Of a stretch of 41,891 nucleotides of DNA, positions 18,628 to 26,356 are shown piece after piece. Numbering within the stretch: position 1 is the first letter of the stretch; every line of letters begins with the position of its first letter. Location: positions 1-41,891 of IMG/VR virus record IMGVR_UViG_3300048850_000152. One strand, written 5' to 3'. This stretch comes from a virus. Lineage: Duplodnaviria > Caudoviricetes. The notes beneath the pieces were generated by a model. The model made no database searches. It worked only from the letters and a program-made list of their open reading frames with translations, and was not told the origin of the DNA. Position numbers and translations under genes: made by a program.

Positions 18628-18756
18628 CCTATTTTCGTAGCCACTGGTACGGTTCCGCGCAACGGCAGCTATCGGGCACACACGTCCGCCACTGAATGTC
18701 CGCAAATGGGCGTTTCCCGACAGTCGGCTTAATGAGCCTACGACCTAATCCGGCTC

Positions 18757-18777
18757 TTGTGGAGAGCGTCTCCACAA
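18757..18777 (+). promoter_or_regulatory. Late-promoter activator box 2 (before gpJ)
   Basis: TTGTGGAGA-GCG-TCTCCACAA, centred 57 nt before the gpJ ATG. Confidence 0.8.
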
Positions 18778-18823
18778 ACCTGCGCGTCTAGCCCGACCGG
18801 CACCGCGCCCGCGACATGGCGGC

Positions 18824-19720
18824 ATGGCCGCCAGCACTGCTTCTACTCTCGACCTGTCCAGCCTCCCCGCGCCGGATCTGATCGAGCAGCTTCCGTTCGA
18901 CGATGTCCTCGCGCGCATGGTCGCGGACGTAAAGACGCGGCTTCCGGCTTTCGACGCCACGGTCGATGCCGACCCGGCCGTCATCGTCCTGCAGGTCGCC
19001 GCCTACCACCTGCAGCTGCACCGCGCCGCCGTGAACGACGCCGCCCGCCAGCTGATGGTCGCGTCGGCCACGGGCTCCAATCTCGACCAGTTGGCGGCCC
19101 TCGTACGCGTCCAGCGGCTCACGATCGACGAAGGCGATCCCGCTCGCGGCATCCCGCCCAAGCTCGAGAGCGACGCGGCCCTGCGGCAGCGCATAACCCT
19201 TGGCCCCGAGGGCTTCTCCGTCGCCGGCCCGGAACTCGCTTATGTCTTCCACGCCAAGTCGGCAGACGGTGCGGTGCGCGACGCCAGCGCGACGTCGCCT
19301 GCGCCTGGCGAGGTGCTGGTCTCCGTGCTCGCGCGCGACGGCGACGGAACCGCGCCCGCAGATCTGCTCGCCAAGGTCGCCGCGGTCGTGAACAGCGACA
19401 GCGTGCGCCCGCTCGGCGATCTGGTCACCGTCGCCTCGGCCGAGATCCGGCATTTCGAGCTCGCGGCGCGGCTCGTCACCTTCAGCGGTCCCGACGTCGA
19501 CCTGGTGCTGTCCGCCGCGCGCGCCTCGCTCGACGCCTATCTCGCCCGCAGCCGGCTGCTCGGCCGCGACATCACGCTCTCGGGCATTTACGCCGCCCTG
19601 CATGTCTCGGGCGTGATGCGCGTGGAGATCCTGTCGCCCGCCGCCGACGTCGTATGCGACGCCACCCAAGCGGCATACTGCAGCAAGATCACGCTGACGC
19701 ATGGCGGCTATGACGACTGA
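18824..19720 (+). CDS. gpJ: Baseplate assembly protein gpJ
   Basis: LDLSSLPAPDLIEQL, ESDAALRQR, FSVAGPELAYVFHA, VRPLGD. Confidence 0.95.
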   Translation: MAASTASTLDLSSLPAPDLIEQLPFDDVLARMVADVKTRLPAFDATVDADPAVIVLQVAAYHLQLHRAAVNDAARQLMVASATGSNLDQLAALVRVQRLTIDEGDPARGIPPKLESDAALRQRITLGPEGFSVAGPELAYVFHAKSADGAVRDASATSPAPGEVLVSVLARDGDGTAPADLLAKVAAVVNSDSVRPLGDLVTVASAEIRHFELAARLVTFSGPDVDLVLSAARASLDAYLARSRLLGRDITLSGIYAALHVSGVMRVEILSPAADVVCDATQAAYCSKITLTHGGYDD

Positions 19721-20369
19721 GCGCGTCTCGCTGCTGCCGCCCAACTCGACACCGCTCGAGCGCGCGCTAGAGCAGGGCGTCGCGCGTCTGGGCGAGGTTC
19801 CGTACCCGCTCGATCTGCTCTGGGATCCGCAGCGCTGCCCGGTCGAGATGCTGCCGTGGCTGGCATGGGGGCTGTCGGTCGACAGTTGGGACGCGGAGTG
19901 GAGCGAGCAGACTAAACGGGACGCCGTCTCGGAGTCGATCGCGCTCCACTACACCAAGGGCACGCCCGCTTCGGTGAAGTCGGTACTAGGCCGCTTCGAC
20001 CAGCTGCTCGACCTGGTCGAGTGGCACCAGGCAACGCCGCGCGCGGATCCGCACACCTTCGAGATCCGCCTGCCAATCGCGACCGAAGGCGTGAAACCGG
20101 GCGGCCGGCGCGCCACTGCTGCCTTTGCAGAAGCCATCATCCGCGAGGTCTCGCGGGTGAAGCCTGCGCGCGAGCATTTCCGCCTGGTGCAGACGCTCGA
20201 CCTTGAGGGCGCGATCGGCATCCAGGGTGTCGCGCGCCTCGCCGGCACCGGCCGCGGCGACATGGCCGCCATCATCGACACCTCGCCGACCTGGGCCGCC
20301 TACCTCCAGACCGAGGACGGCGAGCCGCTGCAGGATGACACCGGCACCTTTGTGGACACCGCCCCATGA
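19710..20369 (+). CDS. gpI: Tail protein gpI
   Basis: SLLPPNSTPLERAL, LWDPQRCP..LPWLAW.LSVD, KGT. Confidence 0.94.
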   Translation: MTTERVSLLPPNSTPLERALEQGVARLGEVPYPLDLLWDPQRCPVEMLPWLAWGLSVDSWDAEWSEQTKRDAVSESIALHYTKGTPASVKSVLGRFDQLLDLVEWHQATPRADPHTFEIRLPIATEGVKPGGRRATAAFAEAIIREVSRVKPAREHFRLVQTLDLEGAIGIQGVARLAGTGRGDMAAIIDTSPTWAAYLQTEDGEPLQDDTGTFVDTAP

Positions 20370-21541
20370 GCAAGCTCGCCCTTACCATCACCCAGGCGGG
20401 ACATGCCCGCTTTACCGCCGCCCAGGTAGACGACGACATCGACCTGTCGGTGTCGCACGTCGGGCTCACCGACCGCAGCTTCGTGGCCGCGCCCACGCTC
20501 ACCGCCCTGCCCGGCGAGTTCCGGCGCGTGTCGACCATCTCCGGCCAGGCCGTGGGCGACAACGTCGTGCACATGGTCGTGCGCGACAGCGAGCCGCTCG
20601 CCTATCGCGTCCGCGGCTTCGGCCTGTTCCTCGCCGATGGCACGTTGTTCGCCACCTATGGGCAGGCCGATGCGCTGTTCGAGAAGGCTTCGCTCAGCGA
20701 GATGCACCTCGCGCTCGACATCGCCTTCCCCGCCGGCAACGTCGAGCAGCTGAACTTCGGCGACACCAACTTCCTCAACCCGCCCGCGACGACGGCGGCA
20801 AAGGGCGTGGCCGAGCTGGCGACGCAAGCCGAGGTCGACGCCGGCACCGATGCCGAGCGCATCGTCACGCCCAAGACGCTGGGGCAGCGCCTGCTGTCGC
20901 TGCTCACCGGCCGCAGGATCCTCGGCGCCGGCCTCGTGACCGGTGGTGGCGACCTGTCTGCCGATCGCACCCTCACCGTCACCGCCGCCACTGCGGCCGA
21001 GGCGGACGCCGGCACGGTGGCAACCAAGGCGCTGACGCCGGCGAGCCTGGTCAACGTGCTGGCGTCGGTCGCAGCGCGCGTACCGCTCACCCGCCGGGTC
21101 AACACCGATGGCCTGGCGCTTGGCGGCAATGCGCTGGGAACCGACGTGACGATCTCGGTGCCCGCTGCCACGCCAGAGCAGCTGCTCAACGCCATGGCAG
21201 CAAACGTCGCGCTCACGCCGCAGTCGTTCGGCGGCCTCGCCAAGCTGTTCGACGCCAACGGCTACTATACGCTCCCCGGTGGCTTGATCGTCCAGTGGGT
21301 GAGCTATCGCGCGCTGCTCGCGGACGAGCCTACGGCGACGCTCGCCTATCCGGCGCCGTTCCCGAATGCCTGCCTGTTCGCGATGACGTGCCCGTATATC
21401 TCGGCCGCGAGCCCGGCGCGGGACGGATGGACCCAGATCGTCGGCAACCCCGGCCCGGCCTCCTGCCTCATCCAGGTGCAGGCCGACGACCAGAACGACC
21501 GCCGCATCGACGGCATCAACCTTCTCGTCATCGGACGCTGA
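20366..21541 (+). CDS. Tail fibre protein (gpH-like) with internal repeats
   Basis: Baseplate-attachment N-terminus (GLFLADGTLFA), three AT.AE..AG....TP..L-type repeats, C-terminal NGYYTLPGGLIVQW...FPNAC domain. Confidence 0.85.
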   Translation: MSKLALTITQAGHARFTAAQVDDDIDLSVSHVGLTDRSFVAAPTLTALPGEFRRVSTISGQAVGDNVVHMVVRDSEPLAYRVRGFGLFLADGTLFATYGQADALFEKASLSEMHLALDIAFPAGNVEQLNFGDTNFLNPPATTAAKGVAELATQAEVDAGTDAERIVTPKTLGQRLLSLLTGRRILGAGLVTGGGDLSADRTLTVTAATAAEADAGTVATKALTPASLVNVLASVAARVPLTRRVNTDGLALGGNALGTDVTISVPAATPEQLLNAMAANVALTPQSFGGLAKLFDANGYYTLPGGLIVQWVSYRALLADEPTATLAYPAPFPNACLFAMTCPYISAASPARDGWTQIVGNPGPASCLIQVQADDQNDRRIDGINLLVIGR

Positions 21542-21542
21542 C

Positions 21543-23150
21543 ATGGCCAAGATCTCCGAACTTCCCGAACTGGTCGATCCGGCCGGCACCGAAACCGTGC
21601 CGGTCCTCATCGGCGGCATCACCAGGCGCGCGCGCCTCGACAAGCTCGCCGGGGCCGCTGCCGGCACGCTGGTTGCCGAGGCGACCAACGATCTGCGCTA
21701 CCGGGTTGCCGGGGCTTACGATCCCGCCGGCGCCCGCCTGACCGGCAACACCGCCCCCGCCGGCACCACGGCCATCTACAAGAAGACCTTCGGCCAGCTG
21801 TTTCCTGACATGGGCGACGAGGGCGGCATGATCCCATGGGTGGAGATCGCCTTCGAGGTGGCAGGCCCGGTGCGGATCAAGCTGTTCAGCACCAATGGAA
21901 CTGGCCAACCGGTCTACGAGGCCGACGTCGGCACCTTCACGCCGCCCGCGATCGTCGTGCTGCCCGCACTGGTACGGTTCACGCTGCCCACCCCGGTCAA
22001 GGTGGCGAAGGCGTGGCGTGGCGGGCTGTACCAGGCCGGCAGCTATGTCTCGGCCCTGCTGAACGATGGCCAGAACCAGACCAGCATGTCCGGGGACTAT
22101 ACCGTTCCGACCCGCAATCCCGACAACAACAACGCGACCACGGCCCGCCTCTTCCGCCTGGGCGTGCGCTACAAGAGCGTCGGCGAGCAGGTCGATACGC
22201 TGACGACCCGCGTCGCCGCCGTGGAGGCGCGCGGCGGTGGCAAGACCGTGCTGCCGAGCGACACCTATCTGCGCGCGGGCGAGCTTCTGCCGTTCCTGCC
22301 CGACATGACTCGCATCGCCTGGTGGGGATCGTCCACCATGGATTATCTCGGTACCGAGCTGGGCACGATGGCGGCTGCCTATGGCGCCACGCCCTACGCC
22401 GGCGGCAAGGCAGGCGAGCTGCTGGAGGATACGCTTGCCCGGTTCGGCTCGCGTCCTGCCCTCCTCAACGTCGTCGGCGGCTCGATCCCGGCTGACCGCA
22501 GCGCCGTCGCCTGCGTGTCGCAGAACGGCCAGACCGCCGCGCTCAAGCCCTATGCCGGCACGCTGGCCGGCGTAGCGGGCACGCTCAGCTGGAGCACCGC
22601 CAACAACCGCCTTGAGTTCGTGCGCGACGCTGTCGGCACCGCCGTGCCGGTCGCAGACGGCACCCCGATGCTTCCCACCATCGGGAGGCAGCACCGCAAT
22701 GCCGTGACGTTGCTCAACATCGGCAAGAACAACTTCGTGCCCGACTATGCCAGCGCCGACTTCATCGCCCAGCAGACCCATGAGGCGTTCGACTGGCTGT
22801 CGCCGTTCCTCAAGAGGGTGCTGGTGATCAACCACTATGTCGACATGCTGTCGGCACCGAGCGACTACAAACGCTTCACCAAGATCCTCGAGGTCAACCA
22901 GAAGCTGCGCGACCGCTACGGTGCGCAGTGCGTCGATCTCTACGCCTTCATCTGCAAGGGCGCGGTGCTGTTCGGAAAGACTGTGTGGCAGGTCACCGGG
23001 GTCACGCCCACCGCGGAAGATCTCGCCGCCCAGGTGCGCGGCAACAAGCCACCCTCGCTTTCGTCCGACGACCAACACCTCAATGCCGCCGGCAATGTCG
23101 GCATGCGATGGCTGATCCAGCAGTACATCGCCCAGCTGGGCTGGTACTAG
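21543..23150 (+). CDS. Second tail fibre/tailspike with SGNH-hydrolase-like domain
   Basis: MAKISELP N-terminus; block I WGSSTM, block III NIGKNN, block V DDQHLN. Confidence 0.7.
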   Translation: MAKISELPELVDPAGTETVPVLIGGITRRARLDKLAGAAAGTLVAEATNDLRYRVAGAYDPAGARLTGNTAPAGTTAIYKKTFGQLFPDMGDEGGMIPWVEIAFEVAGPVRIKLFSTNGTGQPVYEADVGTFTPPAIVVLPALVRFTLPTPVKVAKAWRGGLYQAGSYVSALLNDGQNQTSMSGDYTVPTRNPDNNNATTARLFRLGVRYKSVGEQVDTLTTRVAAVEARGGGKTVLPSDTYLRAGELLPFLPDMTRIAWWGSSTMDYLGTELGTMAAAYGATPYAGGKAGELLEDTLARFGSRPALLNVVGGSIPADRSAVACVSQNGQTAALKPYAGTLAGVAGTLSWSTANNRLEFVRDAVGTAVPVADGTPMLPTIGRQHRNAVTLLNIGKNNFVPDYASADFIAQQTHEAFDWLSPFLKRVLVINHYVDMLSAPSDYKRFTKILEVNQKLRDRYGAQCVDLYAFICKGAVLFGKTVWQVTGVTPTAEDLAAQVRGNKPPSLSSDDQHLNAAGNVGMRWLIQQYIAQLGWY

Positions 23151-23161
23151 CGCCAGACAGG

Positions 23162-23194
23162 CCGCTCTTGTGGAGAGCGTCTCCACAAGAGCGG
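23162..23194 (+). promoter_or_regulatory. Late-promoter activator box 3 (before gpV)
   Basis: CCGCTCTTGTGGAGA-GCG-TCTCCACAAGAGCGG with 15-bp perfect arms, centred 56 nt before the gpV ATG. Confidence 0.8.
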
Positions 23195-23233
23195 GAGCGC
23201 GCGGAGCCCGGACGCGCGCGCCAAGGTCGCACC

Positions 23234-23761
23234 ATGGGCGACACTCACGACACCACCCGACTGGTCGGCGACATCGCGCGCTATGGCGTGATCGTCTCGC
23301 GCAGCGGAGACACCTGCCGCGTGCAGGTCGGCGACCTGGTCACCGGCGACGTGCCGTGGATCTCCGGCCGCGCCGGCAGCGCGCGCGTCTGGTCGCCCCC
23401 GAGCGTCGGCGAGCAATGCCTGCTGCTCTGCCCGGAGGGCGATGCCGCCGCTGGCGTCGTGCTGCCCGGCATCTTCTCCGATGCCAACCCCGCGCCGGCA
23501 GATGACGACGCATGGCTGGTGACGTTTGAAGACGGCACCCGCCTGCGCTACGATCCGGCTGCTCACGCGCTCGAGGCGATCCTCGCCACCGGCGGCAGCG
23601 CCACCATCGACGCGCCCGGTGGCATCACCCTGCGCGGCCCGGTGACGGTCGAGGGCACGCTCACCGCGTCCGAGGACGTCGTCGCCGCCGGCAAGAGCCT
23701 CAAGGATCACGTCCACCTCAAGGTGCAGCCCGGCGCCGGCATTTCGGGGGCGCCGCAATGA
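23234..23761 (+). CDS. gpV: Baseplate spike gpV
   Basis: RAGSARVWSPPSVGEQCLLL, FEDGTRLRYD, SLKDHVH. Confidence 0.94.
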   Translation: MGDTHDTTRLVGDIARYGVIVSRSGDTCRVQVGDLVTGDVPWISGRAGSARVWSPPSVGEQCLLLCPEGDAAAGVVLPGIFSDANPAPADDDAWLVTFEDGTRLRYDPAAHALEAILATGGSATIDAPGGITLRGPVTVEGTLTASEDVVAAGKSLKDHVHLKVQPGAGISGAPQ

Positions 23762-24111
23762 TCGGCATGGACGCGCTCACCGGCAAGCCGCTCGCTGGCG
23801 CCGCCCACCTCGAGCAGTCGGTCGGCAAGATCCTTGGCACGCCGCTCGGCTCCCGCGTCGGGCGCCGCGACTTCGGTTCGCGCCTGCCCGAGCTGCTCGA
23901 CCAGCCCCTCAACGCCCGCACCCGCGTGCTGATCTACGCCACCACCGCCGACGCGCTGCGCCGCCACGAACCGCGCATCGCGCTCTCCCGCGTCACCTTC
24001 CTGGCCGGTGAACAGCCCGGCAGCGCGGTGCTGACGCTGCAGGGCAGTCGCACCGACACCGCGGCTGCCGCTTCCGCCCTGTTGCTCTCCGTCACCGTCC
24101 GCGCCGCCTGA
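23758..24111 (+). CDS. gpW: Baseplate protein gpW (GPW/gp25)
   Basis: GMDALTG, HLEQSV..ILGTPLGSR..RRDFGS, EPRI. Confidence 0.94.
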   Translation: MIGMDALTGKPLAGAAHLEQSVGKILGTPLGSRVGRRDFGSRLPELLDQPLNARTRVLIYATTADALRRHEPRIALSRVTFLAGEQPGSAVLTLQGSRTDTAAAASALLLSVTVRAA

Positions 24112-24122
24112 AAGGATCCACC

Positions 24123-25295
24123 ATGGCCGCTCCTGCTGACTACCGCCACGGCATCACCGTCACCGAAACCACCACCGCCCGGCGTGCGATCTCGACGATC
24201 GCCACCGCCGTGATCGGCCTGGTCGCGACGGGCCCCGCCGCCGACGCCACCATGTTCCCGCTCGACCGCCCGGTGCTGGTCGAGGATCTGCCCGCCGCCA
24301 TTGCGAAGGCCGGCGCCACCGGCACGCTCAAGCACGCGCTCGAGGCGATCCTCGCCCAGGTGCGCGCGCCCGTCGTCGTCGTACGTGTCGCCGATGCGGC
24401 CGACGCGGATGCCACCTCGCTCAACGTGATCGGCACCGACATCGCCGGCCGCCGCACCGGCATGCAGGCGCTGCTCGCGGCCGAGGCGCTGGTCGGCGTC
24501 AAGCCGCGGATCCTCGGCGCACCCGGCCTCGACGACGCCGATGTTGCCGAAGCGCTGGGCGAGCTGGGCGACCGGCTGCGCGCCATCGCCTATGCGCGTG
24601 CCGAGGGCGACGATGTTGAGGAGGTCATCGCCTACCGCGCGGCCTTCACCTCGCGCGCGCTGATGCTCATCCACCCGGACTTTACCGTCCGCACCGCCGG
24701 CGAGATCGTGACCAGCTACGCCGTTGCACATGCGATGGGCCTGCGCGCCGCGATCGACAAGACGCAGGGCTTCAACAAGACGCTGTCGAACGTACCGGTT
24801 GCCGATGTCGTGGGCATCACCCGCGACGTGGCCTTCGACCTGCAGGATCCGGAGTGCGACGCCAACCGGCTGAACGCCTATGACGTCACCACGCTGGTGC
24901 GTCTCAACGGCCAGCTGCGGTTCTGGGGCTCGCGCACCTGCGCGGCCGACGCCAACTTCGCGTTCGAGAGTGCGACCCGCACCGCGCACATCATCGCCGA
25001 CACCATGGCGAACGGCCTGGTCTGGGCAATCGACCGGCCGCTGCTGCCCAGCCTTGCGCGCGATATCGTCGAGGAGATCAACGCCGCCTTCCGTCAGATG
25101 AAGTCGGCCGGGCAAATCCTCGGCGCCGAGGCCTGGTACGATCCAAGCCGCAACCCGGCCGAAAGCCTCAAGGTCGGCAAGCTCGCCATCTCCTACCGCT
25201 ACACGCCCACGCCGCCGCTCGAGCAGCTCGGCCTGGTGCAGGAGATCACCGACGAGTTCCTCGCCGACTTCTCCAGCCTCGTCACCGCCGGCTGA
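24123..25295 (+). CDS. gpFI: Tail sheath protein FI
   Basis: YRHGITV, PRILGAPG, LRFWGSRT, YRYTPTPPLEQL. Confidence 0.95.
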   Translation: MAAPADYRHGITVTETTTARRAISTIATAVIGLVATGPAADATMFPLDRPVLVEDLPAAIAKAGATGTLKHALEAILAQVRAPVVVVRVADAADADATSLNVIGTDIAGRRTGMQALLAAEALVGVKPRILGAPGLDDADVAEALGELGDRLRAIAYARAEGDDVEEVIAYRAAFTSRALMLIHPDFTVRTAGEIVTSYAVAHAMGLRAAIDKTQGFNKTLSNVPVADVVGITRDVAFDLQDPECDANRLNAYDVTTLVRLNGQLRFWGSRTCAADANFAFESATRTAHIIADTMANGLVWAIDRPLLPSLARDIVEEINAAFRQMKSAGQILGAEAWYDPSRNPAESLKVGKLAISYRYTPTPPLEQLGLVQEITDEFLADFSSLVTAG

Positions 25296-25328
25296 TCGCC
25301 ACCACGTCCCTAGATTTGGAGAACCACC

Positions 25329-25835
25329 ATGGGCTTCCCCCGCAAGCTTAAGCAGATGGCGCTGTTCATCGACGGCCGCTGGGTCGACGAAACGGCGTCG
25401 GTCACCCTTCCCAAGCTCACCCGCAAGCTCGAGGAGTATCGCGGCGGCGGCATGGGCCGACCGGTCAAGACCGACATGGGCGGCGAAGCGCTCGAGGCCG
25501 AGTTCACCTGCGCCGGCGTCGTGCGCGACGTGCTGCGCGGCTACGGGGCCTCGCTCGCCGGCGTCGCGCTCCGCTTTGCCGGATCCTACGAGAACGACGA
25601 CACCGGCGAGATCACGTCGGTCGAGGTCGTGCTGCGCGGTCGATACGAAGAGATCGACATGGGCGAGGCCAAGCCCGGCGAGGATACCGAGCTGAAGGCG
25701 AAGATGGCCGTCGCCTATTACAAGCTCGTCTGGAACGGCCGCACCGAGATCGAGATCGACCCGATCAACATGATCGAGATCGTCGACGGCGTCGATCTGA
25801 TGGCGCCGCATCGCGCCGCGATCGGTCTCGCCTGA
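25329..25835 (+). CDS. gpFII: Tail tube protein FII
   Basis: PRKLK, LPKLTRKLEEYRGGGM, YYKL..NG..EIEIDPINM. Confidence 0.95.
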   Translation: MGFPRKLKQMALFIDGRWVDETASVTLPKLTRKLEEYRGGGMGRPVKTDMGGEALEAEFTCAGVVRDVLRGYGASLAGVALRFAGSYENDDTGEITSVEVVLRGRYEEIDMGEAKPGEDTELKAKMAVAYYKLVWNGRTEIEIDPINMIEIVDGVDLMAPHRAAIGLA

Positions 25836-25888
25836 TCCCCAGCGCCGGTTCGCCGGCGCCGCCTTTCTTCCGCTCATAGGAACCGACC

Positions 25889-26227
25889 ATGACCGAACAG
25901 ACTGCCGCGCCCGCGGCCAACTCCAAGTTCCGCAAGTTCAAGCTCGACCACGAGATCGTTGTATCCGGTGAGGTGCTCCACGCCGCCGGTACCGAAATCA
26001 CCGTGCGCAAGCCCGGCGCCGGCGAGATGCGCGGCCTGACCCTGATGGGCCTCAGCCAGCTCGACTATAACCAACTCGAGCGCCTGGCGCCGCGCATCAC
26101 CAGTCCCGTGCTTACCAAGCAGGTGTTCGGCGAGATGGATCCGGCCGACCTGATGCAGTTCGGCGGCGAGGTTATGGATTTTTTGCTGCCGACTGCCGCG
26201 AAGGAGGCGGTCTCCCCGACCGAATAG
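25889..26227 (+). CDS. gpE: Tail assembly chaperone gpE
   Basis: VRKPGAGEMRGL, PRITSP, MDPADL; contains the TTTTTTG slippery site at 26179. Confidence 0.9.
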   Translation: MTEQTAAPAANSKFRKFKLDHEIVVSGEVLHAAGTEITVRKPGAGEMRGLTLMGLSQLDYNQLERLAPRITSPVLTKQVFGEMDPADLMQFGGEVMDFLLPTAAKEAVSPTE

Positions 26228-26352
26228 AAGATGCCATGGCCGACCTGGCGCTCGTCTTCGGATGGGTGCCGGCGGACATGGACGTGATGAGCCTGCCCGA
26301 ACTGATGGAGTGGCGCGAACGCGCCGCCAAACGCCACAACGCCAAGGAGTGA
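26179..26352 (+). CDS. gpE' extension reached by -1 programmed frameshift
   Basis: The -1 frame is open from TTTTTTG to TGA 26352 and encodes MADLALVFGWVPADMDVMSLPELMEWRERA, as in P2 E+E'. Confidence 0.88.
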   Translation, partial: FFAADCREGGGLPDRIEDAMADLALVFGWVPADMDVMSLPELMEWRERAAKRHNAKE

Positions 26353-26356
26353 CCCG

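Larger units (their letters stand above)
15482..18725 (+). repeat. About 15 direct-orientation ~32-bp imperfect palindromes (13-6-13) delimiting single-gene cassettes
   Basis: Approximate consensus GAAYGTCCGCAAG-TGGGCG/TGGTGG-WTWGCGGACRTTC. Copies start at 15482, 15918, 16232, 16493, 16626 (degenerate), 16875, 16935, 16960, 17420, 17468, 17710, 17733, 18150, 18660 (partial) and 18694. Confidence 0.9.

Noticed and set aside
15482-18725. Integron/CALIN with attC sites
   Set aside because: Sites are ~32 bp, shorter than attC, lack the RYYYAAC...GTTRRRY box layout, and no intI is present. IntegronFinder was not run.
15482-18725. CRISPR array
   Set aside because: Repeats are degenerate, spacers range from 0 to ~480 bp and contain whole genes, and there are no cas genes.
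15482-18725. pdif modules or shufflon
   Set aside because: No XerD arm (TTATGTTAAAT-like); all cores are in direct orientation; no invertase or shared 5' gene segment.
20366-23150. Diversity-generating retroelement or invertible tail-fibre segment
   Set aside because: No reverse transcriptase, template/variable repeat pair or invertase seen; gpH repeats are protein-level only.
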